Shown here: piece by piece, positions 13,661 through 27,308 of the stretch
Position numbering within the stretch: the first letter of the stretch is position 1
How the letters are laid out: each line of letters opens with the position of its first letter
NCBI GenBank assembly: GCA_951406725.2
Contig: OX597832.1
Span: 8,990,001 to 9,054,000 of the forward strand
Reading direction: 5' to 3'
DNA: 64,000 nucleotides
DNA from: Octopus vulgaris
Taxonomy: Eukaryota
Position numbers and translations under genes: made by a program
Notes under the pieces: generated by a model
The model's input: the letters and a program-made list of their open reading frames with translations, nothing else
Database searches by the model: none
What the model was told of the DNA's origin: nothing

Positions 13661-13798
13661 GTTATATAACAGCAATATTAATAATGAACGAACGTTCTTA
13701 GTAATATAATCCAATCCTGACGTTGGTATTTTCCGAACGCCTTGATCCACACATGGAAGTATACGATGAAAGCTAATACACGAAGAGTATTGTCATAG
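13661..13798 (+). pseudogene. Frameshifted SPRY/B30.2-like exon (copy 1)
   Basis: NIIQ/DVGIFRTP/IHTWKYTMKANT/SIVIG, ending at the donor AG|GTAAGT in phase 1. The 5' boundary is uncertain. Confidence 0.5.
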
Positions 13799-14075
13799 GT
13801 AAGTAAGAATTGATAGAATCATAGTCAAAATTAAAACATAAAGCAAGATTAAATGAAAGAGGCAGGGAGATGAGATGAAACAAGTTACCAGTGGTATGTT
13901 ATAAAATATACAAATGTAGCCACATAAATCATACAGAGGTAACACCGACTTGAACATTAACCCACATACCACACATACATATAACAAAAATACAGGGTAC
14001 ACTCGATGTAATAGTCATAGAGTTATAAAGATACATCCACCAGAAAATCCTGTTGCATATATGTGGATTAATTAA

Positions 14076-14149
<74 letters not shown>

Positions 14150-15376
14150 CACACGTACGTACATACATGTATATATGAATATAATTCCACTTCGAACAAT
14201 GATCCTGTCCGTGGCTAATTTTGGCTCGGAGCTGTTTCTGTTCTTCATTTTATGCTGAGGGTATTTGAGAAAAATGAAAATAATGTAATTTCAAGTGAGC
14301 AATTGCATCCCGCCTTCAGAGAACCATCCGAATGGCTCAGCGATCGTATGCGCAACACAAACACTATTACTCCACTGTGAATTTGGACGTTTTTCGCCCG
14401 GTTGGGAAAATATGATACATGTTCGAAAATCTTGTTCAAAATGCAAAAACTGAAAATGCAATTTCAGTTAATATTGTACCCGTGATGCCTTAGACACAGA
14501 TATTTGTGTATTAACTTTCAGAGAAGAGTTCAAGTCTTCCTATAAATGTAGCTCAGAGTATACTGGCAAGTGCAAAACCAAGATTACGTTTCCATTCGAA
14601 TCCCTACAAAATAATATCGAGGGAGCTACACTATTACTTAAATGTAATTGGCGAAAAGGGTTTTGAACTGCCGATATTAACATAAAGAAGTTGATTTAAT
14701 TATAAACCATTAGATGAAACCCACTTCCATATTCAGTATATCAAATTTGCAAAAGTCATCGCATGCATGTGAAGAACGAGCAGTATGAAATAATAATTAA
14801 TTAAATAATGAATATTAAACCTTAGTTTTCAAATGGGATTCACAGAGTTGTTATTAAATTTTAATTCTGCGTGTTCTCTTGCTCGTTGCCAATCAATTTT
14901 CAAACGCAATATTTGATGTAAACAGTGACTAAGACCATCTTCATAAATAATGTATTTTTGAAGTCATCAATGTAGAAAATATGGATTTTAAATGTTAACA
15001 TTACATTATTTAATATTTCTGTTTGCCCATCTTCTTGAATGAATTACTATTTCAATTTAGAGAATTGATTCCTTTTTTAAAATTATCGCATTCCGTTAGC
15101 AAGGGAATGCGTTCATATAAGATAATCAATTATCACAAAGATGCTTTTTAATGCATAAATTCCCAGTGTATAAAACTGTTGAATCATTAAGGAGTTATAT
15201 TGAAATGCATTTTGGATAGTGTTATTCATTGTAACGAGTTCATTTCACTTTGTATTTCGTTACACTCGATGAGATTCGGGAAACCTGATATGAAATATGG
15301 CAATGTATTGTAGATGAAATCCGAACAATATCATCTTTTCGGGTTGACAAGTAATATTACATGCGTTTCACCTCAG

Positions 15377-15528
15377 GTTATATATCAGCAATATTAATAA
15401 ATTCAAGTGGCAATGACCGACACGATGTTAGTAATATAATCCAACCCTGACGTTGGTATTTTCCGAACGCCTTGATCCACACATGGAAATGTACGATGAA
15501 AGTTAATACAGGAAAGGTATTGTCATAG
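15377..15528 (+). pseudogene. Frameshifted SPRY/B30.2-like exon (copy 2)
   Basis: ILINSSGNDRHDVSNIIQP/DVGIFRTP/IHTWKCTMKVNTG/GIVIG|GTAAAT. Same frameshifts as copy 1. Confidence 0.5.
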
Positions 15529-17183
15529 GTAAATAAGAATTGATAGAATCATAGTCAAAATTAAAACATAAAACAAGATTAAAAAAGAGAGGGAGTGAGG
15601 GAGATGAGATGAAACAAGTGACCAGCAGTGTGTTATAAAATATACAAATGAAGCCACATAAACCACACGGATGTAACACTCACTTGAACATTAACCCAAA
15701 TACCACATATACATATAACAATAATGCAGAGTACACACGATGTGATAGTTATAGGGTTATAAAGATACATCTAACAGGGAATCCTATTGCATGTATGTGG
15801 ATTAATTAATTCATATATATATTTATATATATATATATATGTGTGCACACGTACGTACATACATGTACATGTGTATATAATTCCACACCGAACAATAATC
15901 CTATCCGTGGCAAATTTTAGCTCGGAGTTGTTTCTGTTCTTCATTTTATGCTGAGGATATTTGATAAAAATGAAAATAATGTAATTTCCATTGAGCAAAT
16001 GCATCACGCCGTCAGAGATCCAACCGAATGACTCAGCGATAGTATGCGCAACACAAACACTATTGCTCCACTGTCAATTTGGAGCAAGACAATCGTTTTT
16101 TGCCCGGTAGGGAAAATATGATACGTGTTCGAAAATCTTATTCAAATGCAAAAAATGAAAATGCAATTTCCGTTAATATTTTACCCGTGATGCATCTGCC
16201 TTAGACATGGATATTTGTGTATTAACTTTCAGAGAAGAGTTCTAGTCTTCCTATAAATGTAGCTCTGAGTATACTGGCAAGTGCAAAACCAAGATTACGT
16301 TTCCATTCGAATCCCTACAAAATAATATCGAGGGAGCTACACTATTACTTAAATGTAATTGGCGAAAAGGGTTTTGAACTACCGATATTAACATAAAGAA
16401 GTTGATTTAATTATAAACCATTAGATGACACCCACTTCCATATTCAGTATATCAAATTTGCAAAAGTCATCGCATGCATGTGAAGAACGAGCAGTATGAA
16501 ATAATAATTAATTAAATGATGAATATTAAACCCTAGTTTTCAAACGGGATTCACAGAATCGTTATTAAATTTTAATTCTGCGTGTTCTCTTGCTCGTTGC
16601 CAATCAATTTTCAAACGCAATATTTGATGTAAACAGTGACTAAGACCATCTTCATAAATAATGTATTTTTGAAGTCATCAATGTAGAAAATATGGATTTT
16701 AAATGTTAGCATTACATTATTTAATATTTCTGTTTGTCCATCTTCTGATGAATTACTATTTCAATTTACAGAATTGATTCCTATTTTAAAATTATCGCAT
16801 TCCGTTTAGCAAGGGAATGCGTTCATATAAGATAACCAATTGTCACAAAGATGCTTTTAATGCATAAATTCCCAGTGTATAAAACTGCTGAATCTTAAAA
16901 AGTTATATTGAAATGTATTTTGGATAGTGTTATTCATTGTAACGAGTTCATTTCACTTTCGACTACGTTACACTCGATTCGGGAAAGCAAATATGAATTA
17001 TGGCAATGTATTGTAGATCAAATACGAACGATATAGTAATATAAGGCAGCAAACAGGCAGAATCGCTAGCTCTCCAGTCTAAATCGCACATGATTTTAAG
17101 CTCTGATCCAAATCCGTTTATGTCGACTCTGCCCTTCGTTTTCCCTTCTTTGTGTTGTCGAGAGAATAAGGCCTAAAATGCTG

Positions 17184-17240
<57 letters not shown>

Positions 17241-17264
17241 CATATGTACTATTCTTTCTAATTT

Positions 17265-17612
17265 AATTCTTTTATTTTCCTTACTTGTTTCAGTCATTTG
17301 ACTGCGGCCATGCAAGAGCACCGCCTTAAGTCGAGCAAATCGTCCCCAGAACTTATTACTTGTATGCCCTGTACTTATTCTATCGGACTCTTTTGCCGAA
17401 CCACTAAGTTACGGGGACGTAAACACACCAGCACCGGTTGTCAAGCGATGTTGGGGTGACAAACACAGACACACAAACATACACACACATATACATATAT
17501 ATATACGACGGGCTTCTTTCAGTTTCCGTCTACCAAATCCACTCACAAGGCTTTGGTCAGTCCGAGGCTATAGTAGAAGACACTTGCTCAAAGTGCCACT
17601 TGCCAAGGTGCC
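17265..17612 (-). mobile_element. SINE family A lacking most of its head
   Basis: High identity to the reverse complement of 46050-46450. Confidence 0.9.
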
Positions 17613-18129
17613 CAATAATATAATTAACCAATTATATTATTGTAATCGTCTTATAAAGAATTCTGCATAAAAATTGAAATTGTGCGAGATATTATGTCTC
17701 GCACGCGTAAAACTGAAGAACAGGTAAGCTGAAATGTAAAATGCCCAATTTCAGAATAATTAATCAATAATCAGCCCCTCTTAGTCCGAATTCCAAAAGC
17801 ACAGCCCCGTTCAAATAAATAGTGACTATAAATACATAAATCCTGTAAAACACCCACGAAAGGATATACTAAACTCAAGGTCCTGCAAAAGAAATGAAAC
17901 CTTGTAAAACGCTCATTATAGATAGAGCGTCGTTAATAATGTCCCTGAGGTATTTTTTAATATTCTAGACAAAGATTTGTCTTCTAGTCATGCATATCAC
18001 ATAATATACGATAGATGCACGGTAAACTTCACCGACTACTCAAACATCACTAAATTAACAAATACATCAAGCAATAATATTGTACTGAAAGTGACACTTG
18101 CTTACGCTCCCAAAACACTCTCGCTCACT

Positions 18130-18173
<44 letters not shown>

Positions 18174-18277
18174 CACCCCCTTTATGCGCCTAGGAGCAAA
18201 AGCCGCAATCGAATTAGTAATCTTAACTATTATCACACAAGGGCAGAGTATTCGATAGATATTAGCTACCATCGAGC

Positions 18278-18344
<67 letters not shown>

Positions 18345-18825
18345 TGTTTTGTTTTGGTATAAAAGAAGGGCTACAGCAAATATTCTGCTCAATACCACAG
18401 ATTTCCTTGTCAGTTGTTTGACCTTAACCAGTTGAGCATGTCCCTTAGTGGCTGACGATATGTGCATCTCTGATCACGTGCAGAAGTAGTGGGGGAGCAT
18501 CATAGCCATGTGTTGAGAGGGATTCTCTGGGGTTTGAATAATTCACCTCTGGAAACATGGGTGGTTCTTTCAACATCCTTAAACAACCCTTATTCAGGGA
18601 CCTTTTGAGCGGGATGGGCTACTCAACCTGACGAAAATTCTAACTGGGCCCCACCTGCAAGGTCATGTGCTGTTTATCTTGATATGAGATCACCATGTCG
18701 CGCACATATGGTTGTGATGCATGTGCCTGGTGTACCTTTATCAGACGGGTAGTCATGATGGGTATATTGGGCTTCGTATATTTTACCCCAGTGTCACTTT
18801 GATGGCATGCACTGCTCTCTCACTC
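18345..18825 (+). mobile_element. 5'-truncated R4/Dong-type LINE 3' UTR inserted in (AAT)n
   Basis: Flanked on both sides by (AAT)n. Homologous to 43638-44037, which is attached to an R4/Dong ORF remnant. Confidence 0.75.
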
Positions 18826-19390
<565 letters not shown>

Positions 19391-19850
19391 CAGACATATT
19401 AAAGACAGAGAAGAAAATACTAGTAAACTAATAGATGTAAGTGTTCCCGCTGATAAAAATATATATGTAAAGGAATTTGAGAAATTAAATGAATATGAGG
19501 ACCTAGAAAATGAAATACGAAAGATGTGTCATCTTAAAACGAGAACTGTTGCTGTTATTGTAGGTGCCTTAAGCATGATAAAAAAGGGACCTCAGAAACA
19601 TATCGAGAATATCCCAGGAGAACTATGTTTCACAGAAATCCAAAAGATTGTGTTGAGAAGTACTGCCCACATCCTTAGAAATACGTTATACGTTTAAATA
19701 TCTCTGTTGTGTTATATGAAGATATTTTGCTACTGCCCCTGCTACTTTTCTTCCCGAAGCTTCCAGTCATAATGTAGCATCTCTTACCCTTCACTATCCC
19801 CAGGACTTTACACTCGGCAAGTGATTGCAGCAATCAAGCAGAGCCCAAAA
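19391..19850 (+). mobile_element. R4/Dong-clade LINE restriction-like endonuclease C-terminus plus 3' UTR
   Basis: LIDVSVPADKNI..KEFEKL..YEDL..EI.KM....VIVGAL.MIKK...EIQKIVL.STAHILR, open to the stop at 19697. Confidence 0.88.
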
Positions 19851-19854
19851 CGTC

Positions 19855-20210
19855 TACTGGTTACTATGCCGTAAGTATGGATATGATATGAGGTTACGGG
19901 TGCTTGTTACCAGCATACACCGGAAAATGTAATGGACGAAAGGGGATGGCAAAGATCCTCTGGGACTTCGATTTCCAGACAGACAAGGTATAAGAGCACC
20001 GAAGGCCGGATACAGTAACCTGTCTGGGGGGAAGGACAAAGGAAAATGCCTAATAATTTACGTGGTAGTGCCAGGGGATGAACATATCATCATGAAAGAA
20101 AAAGATTAATAAAAGTTGAAGCCTGAGAATTGAGATGGCTAAGATGTGCCAGCTAGGAGAGTCAAACATAGAGGTTATAATTATCGGAGTATTGGGTTCA
20201 ACCCCGCCTC
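19855..20210 (+). mobile_element. Second, decayed R4/Dong REL-endonuclease fragment
   Basis: YWLLCRKYG, YQHTPENV, KILWDFDFQTDK..EHRRPD, CLII.V.VPGD, LRIEMAKM, IIGVLGS. Confidence 0.85.
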
Positions 20211-21059
20211 ATGCGCGCATATTGAGTAAAGAAATGTCTATCTGGGGTCCTTCTTGTGACTTGACAAACAGTACAATATCTTCACAATATCACAAACACA
20301 ATATCTACAATCAACAACCTCACGATATTTTATACTGAGCTACGTCTATAACAACAACAACAACAACAACAGCTACATTATTACTAGTGGTAGTAATAAT
20401 GATGCCAGTACCGATGGTAGTGGTATTTGTAGTAATGAGAGCTATATTATGTCGTTTCCCTAAGTTCTGATGATAATATATAATTCCAGGAGAATGTGTT
20501 TCATGGCCACCACGGTGTTTGATAAGGATGGTATCATTAGTTGGATACGCTTCATGGCAAAAGATAGACTTGTTAGAGAGCAGATGCCGTCACTCGAATC
20601 TATATTTGCAGTGACAATGACTACAGGCAGTAGCGGCCAGTATAGGATAAGCAGCTTGAATGAAAAATGACAGGCGTGTCAGTAGACTTGGCTGACAACT
20701 TGTGTGGCTATGGTAGCATGATATAATTACTGTTAGGGAGTAACCTTATAACACACAGCGCTTATGAGAGAAATCTTTATAATGAAGAGTAATCGTAACA
20801 ATGTTGACGAGGTTTAAACTTTTAGAGAATATGCTGCATCCGGCAGGTTTGTTGTAGAAGAACAGGACAGGTGCAACCGTAATCAAGGCACTGCCGACCC
20901 ACAGAAGCGGAGGAAATTAAAATGGACAAATTTGAAATTGTCAGAAACATAGTCATCCATTCACGGTTCAATATAATTGCATTATCTAATGAGGCGTTTC
21001 ATATGGAAAGATGTATATATATATGAAAGGCTGATTATACTCACACATAATAGATATTT

Positions 21060-21520
21060 GCCAGTTATTTCTAGCATAATAAAGGACCACGTAGAAGCGA
21101 GCTCATTAACTTGGTAAGTACAAGCGTTTCACCAATATTTAATATCGAATATCTCTCAATTTATGTCCATTTAGCTTTTCACCTTTTCATTCCAATACAA
21201 AGTCTTAATTTATAACCATTCAGCTTTTCACCTTTTCATTAGAACATGTGAAACTTACAATGCCATGCTAATTATAACATACATTAACCTATTGATGTAC
21301 AAGAATTACAACAATTAAAAATATAGAGATGTATAATATCTCACGACCTCTTCATGAATATATTACAATCATAATTATGATTCCGATTATGTATGGCAGA
21401 ATTTGTAGAGTGGGTTGGGAAAATTATATAGCGTTAATTAGTGGATTCCTATTGTGATCTGAGCGTAAATCTCGTAATTGCATTTCATTTCTACAGTGTT
21501 CATAAATAAGTTCAGTACCA
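21060..21520 (+). repeat. Old inverted duplication, arm 1 (partner 28820-29285)
   Basis: Colinear, roughly 70-75% match by eye to the reverse complement of 28820-29285, including AACT(T/C)G|GTAAGTACAA. Confidence 0.8.
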
Positions 21521-21676
<156 letters not shown>

Positions 21677-21825
21677 ACTCAACTAATATAATAATAATTT
21701 ATGCGTACTGATCAAATGAATGGTCCGGGGGATCAACTGCATTGCGAAGCAAATGTGTCAAGTAATATCTCACCCTCAAGTGAGTACATACATGTACGAA
21801 AGTCTATACATAGACACATACCTAA

Positions 21826-21876
<51 letters not shown>

Positions 21877-22787
21877 TTATGCGCATATATATACGTACAT
21901 TTCTATATCCATCCATCTCTCTTTCTTTCCTTTTATATATCAAGTCTACCTACGTACCTACCAACCCATCTACCAACCAAACTACATATATATCTATCTA
22001 TCTATCTATCTATATATCTATATATCTATATATCTATCTTTCTATCTAACAAACTGAAATCAACAGTTTTCACTACAAGTATGCATCTAGAAAACGAACC
22101 GTTCCTGCGATAGATCAGCATTTAGATACCCAGTTCGAATACCGTTATTAATCGTGTGTTTTATTACTTGTCTCTCGATAGTAATATTATGCACTGAAGA
22201 TTATAACCTCAAAATCGACACATTTTGACGTTATAATATCCCAATAGAAAGTACTTTAGTGATAGCCCTTTCCATTCAACATGAACAATGATGTTCCCCA
22301 GTATTTATGATACTTCCTGTCAAACTCAACGAAAACGCTCTGATGATAAGGCCAGCATTGAGTTTTTTTTTTCTTTCGCGTTTTATTTCGTAAGTTCAAA
22401 AGAAATCTCTATGTTACATAAGCCTGGTTTATTGACCGATATTTCTTATCTCATCACCTCCAAATATTGTACTTCTTTTGTTTAAAATCTTTAGTAAGCT
22501 CACTATCATTTCTATACTCATTACCTGGTATTAAACTGCCTCTGGTCAAATTTCATCCTGAATTTACGAACGCAGACACAAACCTACACGAAACTAGTGA
22601 AGAAGTTATCATGAATTGCTACAGTTCAATGCACAGAACATGAAATATTCGGACGTGCTTACATAGAACTACCATGCATGACTCTGATATGCATCGATTC
22701 CTCTTCCATCATGTAGTCGCATAAAACCACTCAGTCACTGAATACATAGATTTAGAATAATCGTATATATATATATATATATATATA

Positions 22788-23340
22788 CAGGGTAGGAGCG
22801 TGCAGATAAACTGAGACTCAATGTAAGCAGTTGACTTACGACGTTTAAAATTTCATTTTCTGACAAGCCTTGTTTGCTTGCAAATATAATCCCCCTCTTT
22901 ATTTTTCAGGTAAATAGCGATCTAAGTCATGAAACAACAGAATCGTTAGGTCATTGTTTATTTTGTTTTGGCGCGTGCTGTGCACACTGCCAATAAAATT
23001 GTTAAATTGATGAAAGTTCCATATACAACAGTTTATCTGGTGTATAGGCAAATTAAAGAAGAGGGAAAAATTGACAGGAAAGAACACAAGACGATGTGAT
23101 TCCAAGCGCAGTCCGATTTTTCGCAGGACTCAAACTCTCGATTGAAGCCAAACCATCAACTTCGATGACAAATCTTCCAAAGAAACGCAATTTGTCCCTT
23201 TTGACGGTGTCCAGAGCTGCGAACAGAAACCGTGGCATTACTAGTTATGTTCGACGACGCCGTCACTTCCTAACAGCCGAGGTCAAAACAATCAGAGCTG
23301 AGAGATGCCTAAAGGTTCTGTCATTCACCAAACATAGTTA
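22788..23340 (+). mobile_element. Tc1/mariner-superfamily (maT/DD37D-like) transposon 5' end with HTH region
   Basis: Begins TA-CAGGG after (TA)n. Frameshifted MKQQNR..IVKLMKVPYTTVY..LKLSIEAKPSTSM..KKRN.S..TVSRA...G..SYVRRRRHFLT....IRAERC. Confidence 0.8.
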
Positions 23341-23664
23341 CTTCAGATAGTTTCGAAAATTGAGCTTGAATATGTAATGCTTATTCAGGATTATTCACCA
23401 TCCTTCGAGTACAAAATAACACAGGCATTTCTTTCTGAGAAGGTGACATTTTTTGTGAGAAATATTGAGGAACAACAATTGACTAAAATCAATTATTACA
23501 TTTTGATACAAGTAGACTGTCTTCTATCTAATAGCTGTTTCTGCTTCCAATGTTCCATGGTATTGCCATTAAAAATTCAGAAAATAGTATTCATCCTATT
23601 TGCGATATGAAACATGGATGTTCATCAGACTGGAGAAAAATACATAAAAGGAAAGAAAAGAAAA

Positions 23665-25975
23665 TGAGAGTCTCGAGCTGATGAATGGCGTAATATATTT
23701 AAATCATACCATTTTGCATATGTGACACTTCGGCACGTTGAGTAAACGAGTAAACTTAAAATAATAATGGGTGGGTTCATATTTCTATGCGGGCAACAAC
23801 GTGTATAAGTAAAATAAAATTAAAAAAATTACCATAACTGGATACGCCAATAGATCTAGAAAAAGACGGAATGATAGTGCTATAACGTTTTGAAGTAATC
23901 ATAATAGTTTTAAGGAGTGGCTGTGTGGTCGTTAGTTCAGAATTATAAGTTGTATTATAATTCTCTAAATGTCCTAGTCGTTACCACTCCTTAACTGGAG
24001 TCTCCCTCTAACGTTAGTTTACTCCTCTATCAACCACCCTATTCCATTTTTTGTTTAATTTCACGCTTCTATTTTATAAAGCATTTCTCCAGTTTTCCCC
24101 GCCCCCAACCGCCTTAATTCACAATTGTCAAAACAGGGACCTCTCTAGCTTTTAATGATACTGCAGGGTTGTTCATTCATGCGCATAGTACTTGTTTACA
24201 TGTTTGTCTTTTTATTTACAATGTCTAAAGCAGTTTCCGTGCCACTTACTACATATACTATATCTCCACGCTTTCATTTTTTTATTAATTTATTTACTTA
24301 CATTTACCCGTATAAAGGTCTTAATAGCATGCCCATTGTTTTAAAATTTAATTGAAAAATTACATCGAAAGCTGGACTTTGGTCAATCCATTACGGGCAA
24401 TAGGCGGTTGGTCTTTACAACACATCAGTAAGTAAATAATTGTAATTAATTGATGGGCATTTTATTAGGATAAAATATTAGTTACTACTATTAACATAAT
24501 CTTAAGAACTCTCTCTTTTTCTAGACCTATTAGCGTGGATCTTTTCATTTGTGAAGCCAGTTTTTCCAAATTTTTCCTACTGAACCAAACAATTTGAAAC
24601 TTCGTATACTGGTAGAATGTGTCAAAAGTAAACTTAATTGTAAACCAGAATGAAAACGGAATTGTAACTTCTAAGTTTAACATTGTTTAATAATTAGAAT
24701 TTTAACCAATGGTATTCCGTCTTTCGGCTTCATATTATTTACTCCGTCTCGACCACCTATTTGGTGACGTAGCAAACATATGGTATGTAAACAAATGGGT
24801 TAATATAAAGCGTTACGCATATCAGAAAATCAAAAACAAATGTGTGTAATAGGTGTAAAACAACTTCCTATGAACGAATATGAAAAAAAAATTCGCGCAC
24901 GCGAAAGGGGGTGGGGAGAGGCCTCGGAAAATTCACATCGGGAAGTTCCGAAAGCGTCTGAGGGGCTGACCCGGGCACCAAAACAAAAAAAAAAAAAGTG
25001 TAATATGTGTAACACAACTTGCTCTAAACGAATATGACAAAAAAGTGCACTCTCGCGAAAGAGGGGTGGGGGAGAGGCCTCGGAAGATTTATATCGGGAA
25101 TTTCCGAAAGCGTCTGAACCGGGCACAAAAACAAAAACAAAAACAGCGTAATAGGTGTAAAACAACTTGCTCTAAACGACTATCATGAAAAAAATGCGCG
25201 CTCGCGAAAGAGGGGTGCGGGAGAGACTTCGGAAATTTCCCATCTTCAGTCCACGGCCTTTAAACTAAGAAAAAATAGTGTAATTGGTGTAAAACTACTT
25301 GTTCTAAACGAGTATCAAGAACACACACTCACACATGAATCATAAACTCCGTATTTTTGTACATATTTCGCAAAAAAAAAAAAAAAATTTCGCGTGCGCG
25401 AATTTTTTTTTTCATATTCGTTCATAGGAAGTTGTTTTACACCTATTACACACATTTGTTTTTTTGATTTTCTGATATGCGTAACGCTTTATATTAACAT
25501 GTAAACAAAACAATAACGATGAAATTTTGTACTCGGTGTATGTCACAAAACTGCTTTCTACGTCACACTAACAGAATGCAGTAACGTATTAAATATGAAA
25601 ACAAGCAATCTCATTGGTTAAAATTCGCAGTTTTAATCTACGATTAAAGTCATAAAATAGATTTTTCTCAAATAAACTAGTTCCGACCTGTGTCTTGTTT
25701 TGAAACACTGTACCAGCATACGAAGTTTCAAATTATTTAGTTAAGTAGAAAGATCTGGGCTCCTGGCCACACAATTGAAAAGATCCATTAGCGTATCCCG
25801 TTATGGCCTTATTTTATTTTATTTTTGAATTACTTATACACGCTGTTAAACCCAAAGAAAAATTAACACCAATTAATATTCTAAGTTTACTCCTTTGCTC
25901 AGCGTCCTGAAGCGTCACATATGCAAAATGGTAAGATTTGACTATATTATGCCTTTCATCTTCTCGAGGCCTTTC
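23665..25975. repeat. Old foldback: 23665-23856 plus 24535-24775 inverted versus 25555-25975
   Basis: Shared blocks include accattttgcatatgtgac, gtgtataagtaa, aatttgaaacttcgta and gaattttaaccaatg. The left arm is interrupted by ~680 bp. Confidence 0.7.
24799..25498. mobile_element. Young non-autonomous TIR element, ~108-bp TIRs with ~150-bp internal tandem repeats
   Basis: 24799-24906 vs 25388-25498 are near-perfectly inverted, with TTAA at both ends. Repeat units begin near 24844, 24998, 25146 and 25278. Confidence 0.88.
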
Positions 25976-25980
25976 TAGGC

Positions 25981-26610
25981 TTAGCTTGGCTTCGCTGACG
26001 AAGATTAGAAAGGCCGCTGTCCACGTCGTGTGCACCCTCGTTCGTGGCTGATAATCCAGATGCGAGATCGACGTATCCGATTGCAGTGATGACAGAGGTA
26101 TGATTGTCTACGATGTGATGATACAGCTGCATTATATTTCCGCTCCTGACATTTGTCTTCAAGAGAGGCACAGCGGGAGATCTCAAAAGAGGAAACAGCA
26201 TCGCTGATGGTATGGCGCCAAGCAACACGGTCAGCTGTTAGAATGGACTACTAACAACAATGAATGTCACAAACGCTAAGGAAGTGCTTCAGGTAGTCCT
26301 TTTAACGCTTCTTTGTCCCCCCCTGTTGCGGTGGCTAAGTGATGAGCTCACTGTACAGGATGACCTTAGGTAAGCAGTGGTCTTTCATATTTTAACGTGT
26401 CTTGCCCAACTTAGTCGTGTCTCAAGTAAAAGGACCTCAGTGTTGTACTTGCTCCAGTCGATGTTGAAAATACTACGAGGTCAATGTTGGGGAACACGTT
26501 TAAGGAGCGTGAGATGACAACAGGAGTGGACGCAGGACTCAGAGTCATATAGAAGCGTCGTGAGGCCGACGGCCCTGTAGCCTCTGACTTCTGTGCTGAT
26601 CTTCAGATAT
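25981..26610 (-). mobile_element. RTE-clade (BovB-like) LINE 3' fragment
   Basis: YRAVGLTTLLYDSES, IFNIDWS, LPKVILYSEL, GGTKKR*KDYLK, TADRVAWRHTI, C-terminal C..C...SH remnant, tail GAAGCCAAGC. Confidence 0.88.
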
Positions 26611-26778
26611 AACAAATGAAAACGGTGACTTTTTAGTAAATATAACCCAAAGGGCAAGATAATAGGAGTCACAAAAGTGACAGAGGTTACTGACTAGCAA
26701 CGTTTTTGCTAAGGATAAGAATGAAAATAATCAAACGACACACTGTTTTAATGATTCACAAAGGGAGTTTCAGTCCCC

Positions 26779-26830
26779 AGCGTACATAGCCGGATTGCTA
26801 TTTCAGCTTTTGATCCTCATCAGCGTTTCT
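26779..26830 (-). ncRNA. Hammerhead remnant (core intact, GAAA junction damaged)
   Basis: AACG-CTGATGA-GGAT..ATCC..GTA-CGCT on the minus strand, with no properly placed GAAA after stem II. Confidence 0.35.
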
Positions 26831-26954
26831 TAAAGCTCAGAGTTAAACTCGACTATCTCTCTCAATCTTATAAGAAAATATATATATACACACATATGTG
26901 TGTATGTACGTATATATTTATATATATATCTATATCTGTGTGTGTGTGTGTGAT

Positions 26955-27180
26955 AAAAATAAGGTACTCAGAAATCTGGATGGTTGTACATTAACAGATT
27001 TTTATTAATATGTCACATGTTTTTATAAATCATATATTTTCTGAAGAATCTACTACAGTAGATGCAAGCGCTAATATATATGATTTATAAAAATCAGTAA
27101 ATTTACAACCATCCAGATTTCTGAGCACCTTATTTTTTCTAATATAGAATACCTGTACATCACCTCCAAACCTTCTATGT
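26955..27180 (+). mobile_element. Non-autonomous Penelope-like element with ~51-bp inverted arm and HHR, abutting (TA)n
   Basis: 26955-27005 is inverted versus 27087-27137. Flanked by (TG)n and a long (TA)n. Confidence 0.75.
27020..27093 (+). ncRNA. Minimal type I hammerhead ribozyme with one core substitution
   Basis: CTGAAGA at 27041-47. Stem II ATCTAC-TACA-GTAGAT. GCAA in place of GAAA. Palindromic AGCGCT stem III, site after 27073. 18-bp stem I TTTTTATAAATCATATAT/ATATATGATTTATAAAAA. Confidence 0.75.
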
Positions 27181-27185
27181 ATATA

Positions 27186-27308
<123 letters not shown>

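Larger units (their letters stand above)
13615..17034. repeat. Tandem segmental duplication, ~1.7-kb units (13615-15329; 15330-17034)
   Basis: Colinear alignment along the whole unit, period 1715 bp at the start. Confidence 0.95.

Noticed and set aside
17712-17745. CTGAAGA...GAAA hammerhead-like spacing
   Set aside because: No stems I or III, and stem II pairs only by consuming core bases.
24844-25320. CRISPR-like repeat array
   Set aside because: The units are ~150-bp tandem repeats without unique spacers, in eukaryotic DNA with no cas genes.
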